DNA from: a virus
Taxonomy: Duplodnaviria > Caudoviricetes
Virus record (IMG/VR): IMGVR_UViG_3300020037_006332
Location: 8,561-72,560 of that record
Direction: 5' to 3' (one strand)
DNA length: 64,000 bases
How positions within the stretch are numbered: position 1 is the first letter of the stretch; every line of letters begins with the position of its first letter. The position numbers and the translations under genes are program-made. Under the pieces are notes generated by a model. That model searched no databases, was not told where the DNA came from, and saw only the letters and a program-made list of their open reading frames with translations. Positions 43,460 to 52,240 of this stretch are shown here, one piece after another.

Positions 43460-44410
43460 CTACTCTAGTGCCTTTAGTATTTTCTTGGTCGCGGACTCGC
43501 CGACTTTCCGAAGCGTGCGAATCGACTTAGGGGCCACGGTGAAACCGGCCCGGTCGCTGGTCTTCCAGGCGTAGAGCGAGCCATCCGGGAGCCGGGCGTA
43601 GGTGTTATCCCCTAGGGCGGCCTTGACGGTGTTCTCGAATAGCTCGATATCCTTTTCCAGCTCTTTGATCTGGGCCCGGGCCTCGTCGGCCTTGCTGGCC
43701 ATATCGGCCGGGATGCTGGTCACTTCTACCAGTAGCCCGTTATCGCGGGGGTGCAGTTGGGTTAAAACTCGGCTGGTTAATTCGCTGTCATCGGCCGGCG
43801 GCATTTTGTTGTTTTGAACATACCACCAGAATTTTGCGGCCGATTCCAGCATGGCCTCGATAAACTCGTCGTCCCGCTGGACGTCGTACCAGACTAGCCG
43901 CTGGCCTCCGATCAAGGCGGCGAGCGTGCCCCACGTGCATCCCGTGCAAGCCAGTTCGGCCTGCACTTGGATTTGATACTGGAGCGGGATGCTGGCTTCC
44001 TCCTTCCAGTGCTTGCCCATCATTTCGTTGGTGGTCTTCACTTGCAGCACGCCGACTAGCGGGTTCGGCTCGATTTGCTGCCATGCGTCCGGGGTACAGC
44101 CCAGAAATGGGTAGTCCGGGTGCTGGTGCACGGTGAACGGCGGGGCGGCCTGGACTAGCCGGCCCGTCCGCTCGGCAAACTCGTCGATGATCGGGCCCTC
44201 GAATCGTTGCCCCCAGCGGATACGCTCGTGGAGGGCGGCTAGGTCTTCGGCCGGCAGGTTGCCGGTCTTCTCGGCCCAAACGGCGACGGGGCTTTTCCAG
44301 GGTGAAAACCCTAGGGCGGCGGCGATATCACTGGCCCCTAGTAGACTGCGGCGGGCCAGCAGCCACGCCTCGCGGCTACTGTAGGCGGTTGGTGCGGGGT
44401 GGCGTGTCAT
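43460..44410 (-). CDS. YqaJ/lambda-exonuclease family recombinase exonuclease
   Basis: WLLARRSLLGASDIAA...SPVAVWAEK, FLGCTPD, LQVKT, YQIQVQ. Confidence 0.9.
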   Translation of the reverse strand: MTRHPAPTAYSSREAWLLARRSLLGASDIAAALGFSPWKSPVAVWAEKTGNLPAEDLAALHERIRWGQRFEGPIIDEFAERTGRLVQAAPPFTVHQHPDYPFLGCTPDAWQQIEPNPLVGVLQVKTTNEMMGKHWKEEASIPLQYQIQVQAELACTGCTWGTLAALIGGQRLVWYDVQRDDEFIEAMLESAAKFWWYVQNNKMPPADDSELTSRVLTQLHPRDNGLLVEVTSIPADMASKADEARAQIKELEKDIELFENTVKAALGDNTYARLPDGSLYAWKTSDRAGFTVAPKSIRTLRKVGESATKKILKALE

Positions 44411-44885
44411 CGTCTTTCTGGTCCTGGAGGGCGTCGGTTAATTCCTTCATCAGCTCGCGGATCGCGTCTTTGCTCTCGGGGAGCCCTTTGGTCACAATCG
44501 GGAAAATCGCGTCTTGCATGGCGTGCATAAGCGTGTTCGTCATGCGGTTGCAATCGTCGATGGCGTCGTCGCCGGAGCACTTCACTTCGGCCATGAGCCG
44601 GGCGGCGGTGCGTAGCAGGGCCCGGACCATTGCCGCCGAGTGGTTGGTGAACCGTAGGCTAGTGGCCTTGATATCGTCCATGCTCGTGGTTTCCGGGTCG
44701 GGTAGTCCGTCGGGGAATGCGTTGGCGGTTAAATACCCGTTGGCGGCCTCGATTATGAAATCGAATGCCTTTTTCTCCAGGGCGATAACCTGGAGCATTT
44801 CCGGCATCTTTTCCTGGGCCTCGGCCTTGGTGGCCTTTTCGCGGATCGAGTCTGAGAAGTCTTTCCAAAAATCTTCGGGCTTCAT
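44376..44885 (-). CDS. Hypothetical helical protein
   Basis: 169-aa ORF. Confidence 0.65.
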   Translation of the reverse strand: MKPEDFWKDFSDSIREKATKAEAQEKMPEMLQVIALEKKAFDFIIEAANGYLTANAFPDGLPDPETTSMDDIKATSLRFTNHSAAMVRALLRTAARLMAEVKCSGDDAIDDCNRMTNTLMHAMQDAIFPIVTKGLPESKDAIRELMKELTDALQDQKDDDTPPRTNRLQ

Positions 44886-44896
44886 GCGTCGGGCTC

Positions 44897-45190
44897 CTAG
44901 GTTAATTTTGCGAGTGCGGTGCGGGGTCGGGTGTAGTACACAAACCCGGCGATTTCGATGCCGTTCGGGTGCAGTATGTAGGGCGTTCCTGGCCAGTGGG
45001 TGCGGTGCATGTGTAGGGGCCCCCAGTGCTTGGTGGCGGCCCGGCCTACTATGGATTCTTCGGCGGCCCGGGCTCGCCAGCCGTCACGGTTTGCTCGGCG
45101 GATGGTGGTGGTAAACTCGCCAGTTATCTCAGTGGGCTCGTGGGTGGCCCACTCGAAAACCATGTCCTGGGGTGTGATTTCAGGCGGCAT
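44897..45190 (-). CDS. Hypothetical protein, EITP-DMV-EW N-terminal family
   Basis: MPPEITPQDMVFEW. Confidence 0.7.
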   Translation of the reverse strand: MPPEITPQDMVFEWATHEPTEITGEFTTTIRRANRDGWRARAAEESIVGRAATKHWGPLHMHRTHWPGTPYILHPNGIEIAGFVYYTRPRTALAKLT

Positions 45191-45362
45191 TGACCTTGGC
45201 CTCTGCGGCTAGTCGGGCCTTAACTTCGCTGCGGTGCACGGTGACGTCGCGGGGGGCCTCGATGCCCAGCTTAACGCGGCCGTCGCGGGCCTCCAGGACG
45301 CGGATCACGATGTTCTCGCCGACAATCACGTCTTCGCCATTCTTCCGGGTTAAAACCAGCAT
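45180..45362 (-). CDS. csrA: Carbon storage regulator CsrA/RsmA
   Basis: MLVLTRKNGEDVIVGENIVIRVLEARDGRVKLGIEAPRDVTVHRSEV. Confidence 0.93.
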   Translation of the reverse strand: MLVLTRKNGEDVIVGENIVIRVLEARDGRVKLGIEAPRDVTVHRSEVKARLAAEAKVNAA

Positions 45363-45465
45363 GTGGAAATTCCTTTTCTGTGGGTTGCATCCATTCGTTT
45401 GAAAGATGCCCGGCGGCTGGAAATCGCGTAACCAGCCGCCGGGGCTAACGTGGGGCGGTGGAACC

Positions 45466-46890
45466 TTACGAAGTTCCGCCAGCACGTTTGTCGGGGAGCA
45501 TTTCGACCACCTGAATCCAGGCCGGGATTTTTCCCTGCTTGGGGCGGGTGAGGCAAGCCACGACCGGGATGCCGACGTCCTGGTCGGGCCAGCCGGTGTA
45601 GCCGTCGGTGCAGACTAGGATTACCTGTGGCTTTTTGCGGCCCCCCTTGCCACCCCGTAGGATTTCCTCGTCGGTCGCGGCCTGGATGATGGCCCGGCTC
45701 ATGTCGGTGCCGCCGCCGCCCATCACTTCCAGGGTTTCCGGGCGGAGCACGGTTTGCACGCTAGCGGCGGACGTGTCCGCACAAACCACCTTAATGCCAT
45801 CCCGGCAGCGGTAGGCGTCCAGGACTTGTCCGATCATGCCCAGCGATAGCGAAATATCGGCGTGGTCCATGCTGCCGCTGGTGTCCACGATCACGGTCAC
45901 GCGGGGCACGGGCTGGACGTTGCTCGGCAGCAGAATATCGGTCCGTGGGTTGCGGCGGTTCGGGCGGCGGTAGCTGTAGTCCCCCTGGCCTTGCGTGACT
46001 TCCACGCAATGGCGGACGGCTCGCCGGAGAATCGTGCGGGGGTCGACCTTGGGCTCGATTAGCTCCCTGGCCCACGCTCGCATTCTGCCGGCCATCTTGC
46101 CTACCCGCTTTTCGTGCTCCAGGATTTTTTCGGCAATCTCGCGGCGGATCATTTCTTGTTCGGCGTCGTCCAGGCCGTGGCGGCCGTCCCCGTCTGGTCC
46201 GTCGCTGCCTTCCTCGGTGCCGTGCTGCTCCCATTCCTTGGGGATACCATCGCACGCGGAGCCGGCCAGCGATGGATCAAACTTGCCTTGTCCCTTGCCT
46301 TTGCCCTGTTTGTCCCCGGGTTGGCCTTCGCCGTCCCCGTCCCCGGGTTGGCCTTCGCCGTCCCCGTCCCCGTCTTCATCGCCGTCCCCGCCTTCGCTCT
46401 CGGGCGGCATCATTTTTCGCAGTTCGTAGTCGTAGAAATCGGCGGTTTCTTCTTCGACTAGGCCGTAGTCGGCCGGCTTGTGGGCGTCTTCCGGGAGACT
46501 CACGCCGGAGGCCAGCAGGTTGCTGTTCGCGGCCAGCTCACTGGCCAGTTGCCAGCGTTTCATGTCCGACTTTTTGGGATTGCTGCCCAAAATTTGGGCC
46601 CCACGCTTGGGATGGCGAAATAGCAGGCGGGCCACGTCTCGCAAGATCATGCCGGCCACGTCGTCGGTGCGGGCGGCCTTGATGGCCTCGGGATTGAAGT
46701 GTAGCCGCCAAGTGCTGTCACAAGCCACGGGCCCCGGGAGCCGGGGGTTTTCCACGGCCATCAGGGTTAAAATCATATAGGTCGCGTAGGGCCATTTTTG
46801 ACAAGCCAAAATGCGAGCCTTGACTAGCTCCTGGCACTGGTGTCGGCCGGGGCGGCTGGTGCCGCCCTGGCTAATCGCTTGCGTGGTCAT
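45466..46890 (-). CDS. DUF2201-type metallopeptidase-like plus VWA domain protein
   Basis: Acidic Gly-rich linker, YSYRRPNRR, VIVDTSGSM, GGGGTDM, VCTDGY. Confidence 0.85.
   Translation of the reverse strand: MTTQAISQGGTSRPGRHQCQELVKARILACQKWPYATYMILTLMAVENPRLPGPVACDSTWRLHFNPEAIKAARTDDVAGMILRDVARLLFRHPKRGAQILGSNPKKSDMKRWQLASELAANSNLLASGVSLPEDAHKPADYGLVEEETADFYDYELRKMMPPESEGGDGDEDGDGDGEGQPGDGDGEGQPGDKQGKGKGQGKFDPSLAGSACDGIPKEWEQHGTEEGSDGPDGDGRHGLDDAEQEMIRREIAEKILEHEKRVGKMAGRMRAWARELIEPKVDPRTILRRAVRHCVEVTQGQGDYSYRRPNRRNPRTDILLPSNVQPVPRVTVIVDTSGSMDHADISLSLGMIGQVLDAYRCRDGIKVVCADTSAASVQTVLRPETLEVMGGGGTDMSRAIIQAATDEEILRGGKGGRKKPQVILVCTDGYTGWPDQDVGIPVVACLTRPKQGKIPAWIQVVEMLPDKRAGGTS
46312..46365. repeat. 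27-bp in-frame tandem duplication (GDGEGQPGD twice)
   Basis: GTCCCCGGGTTGGCCTTCGCCGTCCCC repeated twice. Confidence 0.85.
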
Positions 46891-46941
46891 CGGTAAGGTT
46901 TCCTTTTCGTCGGGTGCGATTTTGTAAACTCCACTCGCTTG

Positions 46942-46969
46942 ATTATAGCGAGCGGACAAGCGGCGTCAA
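46942..46969 (-). promoter_or_regulatory. Promoter with CGCTCGC box
   Basis: TTGACG-16-TATAAT. Confidence 0.8.
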
Positions 46970-46978
46970 GCGTTCTTT

Positions 46979-47374
46979 CTATCGGGCCGGGGCGATGCTC
47001 AGATTGAGCCTTTCCACGCTCATGCCTAGGTCACGCATCACGGCGGCTAGCCGGTCTTCCTGGGCGGCCAGCCTGGCCTCCAGCTCGGCGACGCGGGTTT
47101 CCAGCTCGGCGGTCGCGGCGGAGCCGTGACGGGCCCGGGGGCGGGTGTACTGCTCGGGGTCGATAGTCTGGAGGTCTTTCAAGACGCCCCGGATCATAGC
47201 CGGGGTGATTCGGCTCGCGTCTTTCAGGGCGGGAATCTTGATAGCGTTGACCAGCTCGGCCAGCTCGCCGTCGCCCATCCCCTTGGCGACAATCCAGTCC
47301 TGCCAGTTAGCTTTCATGGTGTCCATGAGGCTGATGGCGTGGACGCGGTTAAATTTGTGGGTTCTCTTGGCCAT
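46979..47374 (-). CDS. Hypothetical protein with C-terminal coiled coil
   Basis: AAAGGA RBS; 131 aa. Confidence 0.7.
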   Translation of the reverse strand: MAKRTHKFNRVHAISLMDTMKANWQDWIVAKGMGDGELAELVNAIKIPALKDASRITPAMIRGVLKDLQTIDPEQYTRPRARHGSAATAELETRVAELEARLAAQEDRLAAVMRDLGMSVERLNLSIAPAR

Positions 47375-47490
47375 TGCAAGGTTTCCTTTTGCTTGCGATT
47401 TCAGGTGGTTAAAACAAGCCGCCGGGCTAGGTACTAGGATTGCTAGAGTGAATCCATCCTAGCCCGGGCGGCCCGTGACAAGGGCGGGAG

Positions 47491-48597
47491 TTATGCTCCT
47501 ACCAGGGCGGTCAACTTGCTCTTACGCTTCTTCGGGGTGTAGCCGACCGGCTTGATCTTCCAAAGCGAGCCGTGTGCGGCCTGGGCGATTTCGGGAATCT
47601 GGCTGTGAACGTGTTCCAGGACGTCGAAACCGGCTTCCCAGCGGTCGGGCGTGTTGTCGTGCTGGATGCGATTCCAAACGCTGGCCACAATCGCCATTGC
47701 GTGATCGCCACGCTTGGGCAGGTTCAAGCTGGTGGGGTCGTTCAGGATGGCCTCGGGGTCCGGCAGGTCTTGCTTGGAAAGCCACGTCAAAAACTCGGTC
47801 CCGGCGGCCTGTCCGACGCATCCCCAAACCAGCTTACTGCGAACTTCGTTGTTTGCTCCCACGCTCTCGGCGGCCCCCAGCAGCTTGATTACGTTCGTCC
47901 AGCTCCGGGGCGTCGGGTAGGGCTCGGTGGCCTTGTGGGCGTCTTTGGGGTACTTCTCAATCAGGGTGGGGATGGCGTCGGCAAACTTGTCCATCAGGGC
48001 CCCCCACTTCGCACAGTAGTTCCGCCAGTCGGCCGGCAGGATCGGTAGGCTGGGGGCGGGGAAATCCAGGTTATCCCGCCAGCCCTGGCGAATGCTCTTG
48101 AGGTCGGTTTCCCACTCCAAGATGCACAAGCGGTTCACCATCGGCGGGGCCAAGTCGACGCCGGCAGCGGCCTTGTCGACGGGGTTGGCGGCGGAGAAAA
48201 TCCAGCAGGATTCGATGCCTTCGGCCATGAGCTGAAGGGCCGACGCCTGAGTCGCGTGGCCGGTGTTCGTCAGCTCGTCAATCAGCAGGACGCTGGGCTC
48301 CAGCTTGCAGCGGACAAACCGCTCGTCGTGCACCCGGGCCATAACCTTGTAGTGGTGGCCCGTGGTGGGGTCCAGGTGGTCCGGTAATTCTTGGACGGTT
48401 GGGTAGCCGCCAAGGTCTTCGGGGAGCACTTGGTCAAGACACACTGAGCGGAAATGCCGGCCGACGGCGGCGGCTAAAGCCCGATGCGTTTCGGTTTTGG
48501 CCACGCCTGGGATGCCCAGCGACAGCGGGATAACTCCCGCTTGGCCGGCAATAAAGTGGGCCCAGTTGACTTGGCTGATTGCTCGTTTAGCTGACAT
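47491..48597 (-). CDS. MoxR-like AAA+ ATPase
   Basis: GIPGVAKT, LLIDELTN, SAANP, PMVNR, PTPRSW. Confidence 0.88.
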   Translation of the reverse strand: MSAKRAISQVNWAHFIAGQAGVIPLSLGIPGVAKTETHRALAAAVGRHFRSVCLDQVLPEDLGGYPTVQELPDHLDPTTGHHYKVMARVHDERFVRCKLEPSVLLIDELTNTGHATQASALQLMAEGIESCWIFSAANPVDKAAAGVDLAPPMVNRLCILEWETDLKSIRQGWRDNLDFPAPSLPILPADWRNYCAKWGALMDKFADAIPTLIEKYPKDAHKATEPYPTPRSWTNVIKLLGAAESVGANNEVRSKLVWGCVGQAAGTEFLTWLSKQDLPDPEAILNDPTSLNLPKRGDHAMAIVASVWNRIQHDNTPDRWEAGFDVLEHVHSQIPEIAQAAHGSLWKIKPVGYTPKKRKSKLTALVGA

Positions 48598-48694
48598 GCG
48601 ATTTTTTTCCTTCTGTTGAGTCTGAAAATCCGTAGGTTAAAAATGCCTTCTCTGTCCGGCCACGTGGGGTCCGTTTCACTTCCTTCTGGGCCTG

Positions 48695-48722
48695 AGTATA
48701 GCGAGCGTATCGACTACTGCAA
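48695..48722 (-). promoter_or_regulatory. Promoter with CGCTCGC box
   Basis: TTGCAG-16-TATACT. Confidence 0.7.
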
Positions 48723-48747
48723 GCCCTATTCTAGAAATTATTTATTC

Positions 48748-49641
48748 CTAGCTGAATAGGGTATGGAAGTGTTCTTTGTCTTCGATCTGGGCTAGTGCGG
48801 CGGTGACTTCCATTTCAGCGGCGGCGATGGTTTCGTGTAGGGCGGTGAGGGCTTCGCCTAGGATTTCCTCGTAGCGGCTAACCCGGGTGTGTAGCGTGCC
48901 GGCGGCGGCCTTCCGGCGGGTAAGGGCCGATTCGCCTAGCTCGTTGGCGGCCAGCTCGGTTCGCATTGCTTCAGCGGCGGCGGTGACTTCGGCGACAATC
49001 GCGTCTTTCACGGCCCGGACGGTCCCCTCGTCGATCAGGGTGCTGACGCGGTAGACCGTGCTGGCGTTAAGCCGGCCGTCCACGGGGGTCTGGCTGGCGG
49101 CCTCGACGGCGGCGGCCAGTTTATCCAGGGTGGCCCGGTGGTGCTCGGGCACCCAATAGACTCCGCCGTGGGCCCGCAAAACCACTCCCTCCAGGTCGTT
49201 CTCAATGATCGAAATCAGGGACTTCGCCACGCTGTTGGCGGGGGCCACGCGGCGGGCCCTTTCGTAGAGCATTTGCAGGCCGCTGACTCCGCTGGGGAAT
49301 TCGCCCCGGGTGATTTCCACAAACCCGCCCGTGTTGATCTTCACCGAAAAGTCGTGGCTGACTTCGTTTTCTTCGGCCCCGCGTTTGACGTTGCGGACTT
49401 CGTAGCCGTCTAGGGCGGAGTTCTCTAGCTCCAGGATGATTTTGTCGAATTTGCGGCCCCGGTTGCCGGCAATGGTCATGCGGATGGCGGCCTTGAGGGC
49501 GGCGGAGTCGGTGCGGGGTGCGACCATGTACCGCTCGAAACCTAGGTCGGCTAGGCGGGCGTTGATCGCGGCCCGGTCGGTGTCGTGCAGTTGCCAGTAG
49601 ACCACGGCCCCGCTGGCGGAAATTGCGTGCGTGCTGTTCAT
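48748..49641 (-). CDS. Hypothetical protein (DUF6744/DUF3150-like, tentative)
   Basis: GAVVYW...HGGVYWVP pattern, coiled C-terminus; located beside MoxR. Confidence 0.55.
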   Translation of the reverse strand: MNSTHAISASGAVVYWQLHDTDRAAINARLADLGFERYMVAPRTDSAALKAAIRMTIAGNRGRKFDKIILELENSALDGYEVRNVKRGAEENEVSHDFSVKINTGGFVEITRGEFPSGVSGLQMLYERARRVAPANSVAKSLISIIENDLEGVVLRAHGGVYWVPEHHRATLDKLAAAVEAASQTPVDGRLNASTVYRVSTLIDEGTVRAVKDAIVAEVTAAAEAMRTELAANELGESALTRRKAAAGTLHTRVSRYEEILGEALTALHETIAAAEMEVTAALAQIEDKEHFHTLFS

Positions 49642-49824
49642 GGTAGTGGGTTCCCTTCGTTGAGTAGTGCGGCGATTTTTCAGGTTTGGAAAGCGGTGCA
49701 AGGGGCTCGATTTGTTTATTTGGCCAGCGGGGTTTGCGGTCCCGTCGGTAGCCGTCCATCCTAGGATTGGCCGGGGGTTAGCCCGGTAGACGCTCGAACC
49801 ATCTTGCAAGCGGCTAGCCAGTAG

Positions 49825-49850
49825 CCGGCCCGGGGTTAATTCCGGGCCGG
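49825..49850. other. Hairpin with GGTTAATT loop
   Basis: CCGGCCCGG-GGTTAATT-CCGGGCCGG. Confidence 0.75.
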
Positions 49851-49866
49851 TTCGCTGGGCAGTCGC

Positions 49867-50190
49867 TTACGCTCCGACGTAGTGATAGTAGCCCTTGCTG
49901 GTCACGACGTAGCAAGGCATATCGCTGGGAACGTGGGGCGTTGTGCAGTCGTGAAACTCATGGCCGCCCATGTAGAAATCCACGGCGGCGGCATACTCGC
50001 GGGCCAGTGCTTCGCTGGCAAACGCGGCCGGGTGCATCGCACGCTTCCAGTTGTCGCGGTCCTGGTAGGTGTTGACGATAGCCTTCATGGCCTCGCTGGG
50101 CTCGGTGATCGGGCCCACGGGGACGGCCGCCAAGATAATTCCGCCGTCTTCGGTCGGCAGGGTGATCGTTTTGGTTTCGACTTTCGGCAT
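49867..50190 (-). CDS. Hypothetical protein
   Basis: AAAGGA RBS; promoter at 50252-50279. Confidence 0.7.
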   Translation of the reverse strand: MPKVETKTITLPTEDGGIILAAVPVGPITEPSEAMKAIVNTYQDRDNWKRAMHPAAFASEALAREYAAAVDFYMGGHEFHDCTTPHVPSDMPCYVVTSKGYYHYVGA

Positions 50191-50251
50191 GGCTTAGGTT
50201 CCTTTCAGGTTTGCGATTTTTCAGGGCAGCAACTTGCTGCGTCTGGGTGTG

Positions 50252-50279
50252 ATTATAGTCGGCATCCGCTCGCTGTAAA
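50252..50279 (-). promoter_or_regulatory. Promoter with GCGAGCG box abutting the -35
   Basis: TTTACA-16-TATAAT. Confidence 0.8.
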
Positions 50280-50341
50280 CCCCAGAAATAAATAATTTCC
50301 GAAATGGCTCGATAGCGGGGGGTTCCTCGCGGGGTCGGGTT

Positions 50342-50398
50342 AAAAACGCTAGCCGGTAGCCCCCACGGTTTCCCGTGGGGGTTGGCCGGGCAGCGTTC
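50342..50398 (-). terminator. Terminator hairpin
   Basis: CCCCCACGG-TTTC-CCGTGGGGG core with outer pairing and an A5 tract. Confidence 0.65.
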
Positions 50399-51106
50399 CT
50401 AGGCCCACGAGTGTTCGACGTTCGGCTGCCGGTTGTCCATTTCGGCCTGGGCGTATTCGGCTTCCGGGCAGTCCTGGTTGGCGGGCTCCAGGGCGGCCGG
50501 GGCGGCCTTGCCCCATGCTAGGCCGTAGTTCTTGGCACAAACCGGCCCGTAGCCCACGCCGGTGCTCTTGGCGTCGGTGAGGGTCTTCTGGCAAAAGCAG
50601 CAGTTGCCCGTGGTGCGGCCGTACTTGGCAGCGTAGCCGGCGGGGTCGGCGGCAAACTGTTGCAGCACTTCGGTGATCGCGTCGGTGGCGTCGCGGCCAG
50701 CTTCAAACTTCCCGTCCCGGTGAATCCGGCCAAACCACTGATTGTCCCCGTAGCGGCCCCCGTCGGTGACGTTGATCGTGCCGGGGAACTTGGCCCGGTC
50801 GCCGGCCTTGGCCAGTTGAATCTTGCCACCATCGGCGGCGGCGAAGACGATCTTCGGGAACTTGAGTTTCTGGCCCGCGATGACAAACAACGCGGCGATG
50901 GCGGCGAAGTTGTTAATTTCCACTTCGCGGCGGACGGCTGGGGCGGCCAGCTTGAAAACCCAATGGAGCTGTTTGTCCGAGAGGCCCCGGGTGCGGAATC
51001 GCTGGACTAGCGAGCGAGCGAAGTCGGCCGAGTTGCCCAGCGTGTCGGTGGCGAGTTTGCTTTCCAGGGCTTCGATGGCGGCGGCGATTTCGGCGGCGGT
51101 CTTCAT
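50399..51106 (-). CDS. DUF6011-like protein
   Basis: TGNCCFCQKTLTDAKSTGVGYGPVCAK. Confidence 0.75.
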   Translation of the reverse strand: MKTAAEIAAAIEALESKLATDTLGNSADFARSLVQRFRTRGLSDKQLHWVFKLAAPAVRREVEINNFAAIAALFVIAGQKLKFPKIVFAAADGGKIQLAKAGDRAKFPGTINVTDGGRYGDNQWFGRIHRDGKFEAGRDATDAITEVLQQFAADPAGYAAKYGRTTGNCCFCQKTLTDAKSTGVGYGPVCAKNYGLAWGKAAPAALEPANQDCPEAEYAQAEMDNRQPNVEHSWA

Positions 51107-51168
51107 GGCGGGGTTCCTTTTCTAGTTTTGCGATTTTCTGGCCGGCATTCGTGTCGGCCATGAGCATT

Positions 51169-51196
51169 ACTATAAAGGTTATCCGCTCGCTGTAAA
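51169..51196 (-). promoter_or_regulatory. Promoter with GCGAGCG box abutting the -35
   Basis: TTTACA-16-TATAGT. Confidence 0.8.
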
Positions 51197-51253
51197 TGGG
51201 GGCTGGAGTATTTTTCTACAAATAGTTTCAAAATAGACCACTAGAGGGGGTGG

Positions 51254-51496
51254 CTATTCAGTCGGGTTATTTTTGGCCGCTAGGGCGGCGGCCTTGGCCC
51301 GCTTGGTAGCCCATGCCTTGTGGGCCCGGTTGACGGCTTGCTCGCTGCCGGCCGGGACTTTTTGGGCTAGGCTCCGCATTAGCTCGGATCGCTGCTTGGG
51401 GTCGGTGCTTTCGCATAGGCGTTGCCAGCGAAGCCGGCCGAGTTCAGCGGCGTCGGGGTCGGGCGTGGTGGGGGTGGCGGTGCGGCGGCGTGACAT
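51254..51496 (-). CDS. Small basic protein (DAAELGRLRW motif)
   Basis: GGGAG RBS; start at MSRRRT. Confidence 0.65.
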   Translation of the reverse strand: MSRRRTATPTTPDPDAAELGRLRWQRLCESTDPKQRSELMRSLAQKVPAGSEQAVNRAHKAWATKRAKAAALAAKNNPTE

Positions 51497-51567
51497 GGTG
51501 GCTGCTCCCTGGTGGATCGTGGTGACTCCTTTGCGTTGGCGAATGGCAGTCCTGCCTCTCACTGCCC

Positions 51568-51639
51568 ATCTTACCATGCCGCTCGCTGTAGGCAAACAGT
51601 CGGATTCGAGTTGACGGCCCTGGATACGCTCGCTATAGT
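51568..51639. promoter_or_regulatory. Back-to-back divergent promoters, each with a box
   Basis: Minus strand TTGCCT-16-TAAGAT (51595-51568); plus strand TTGACG-17-TATAGT (51611-51639). Confidence 0.7.
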
Positions 51640-51687
51640 TGGGTGTCCGTAAGTCGCCCCAAAATCGCACTCGCCAAGGAAATTGCA

Positions 51688-52200
51688 ATGATTGCCGTCC
51701 CTCGCAAGGATCGCCGCCCCCGGCTCGAACGTATTACCGAAGCGGTTAAAAACAGCACTGGCGGGGAGCTGCCGCCGGAGGTCGTGGGCCAGCTTGCGGA
51801 AGCGATTGATAAGATGGTCCCGGCGGGCTACGATCTGCACAAACTCAAGGCCACGACGGTTGATATTGCCGATTCCCTGGAGGGGGTGGCGGTCGCCGAT
51901 ATGGCCCGGATTTTGAATGCCACCATGAAATGCCTGGGGATGGTGCTGCCGAAAATCGCCAATAGCTCGGCGGTCTACAGCACGGTTTGCGACGTGGCTC
52001 GGCGGAAAGTCGAGAAACTCCACGCCAAACTGGGCAGCAAAACCTACCTGGAAACCATGAATGCCTGCCTTGAGAAAACCCCCGATGGGGCCTCGCCTGA
52101 AAACGTCGCCCTCATGCTCACGCAATGCTACCTTCTCGAAATGGAACGGCTCGCGGCGGTCGCGGTCCAGGCCAGCAAGAAACCGGCCGATAAAGGTTAA
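51688..52200 (+). CDS. Hypothetical helical protein
   Basis: AAGGA RBS before MIAVPRK; follows the plus-strand promoter. Confidence 0.7.
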   Translation: MIAVPRKDRRPRLERITEAVKNSTGGELPPEVVGQLAEAIDKMVPAGYDLHKLKATTVDIADSLEGVAVADMARILNATMKCLGMVLPKIANSSAVYSTVCDVARRKVEKLHAKLGSKTYLETMNACLEKTPDGASPENVALMLTQCYLLEMERLAAVAVQASKKPADKG

Positions 52201-52240
52201 TTTTACGGCGGCTAGGATGCCGTTGATAGGGTCGATAGAT

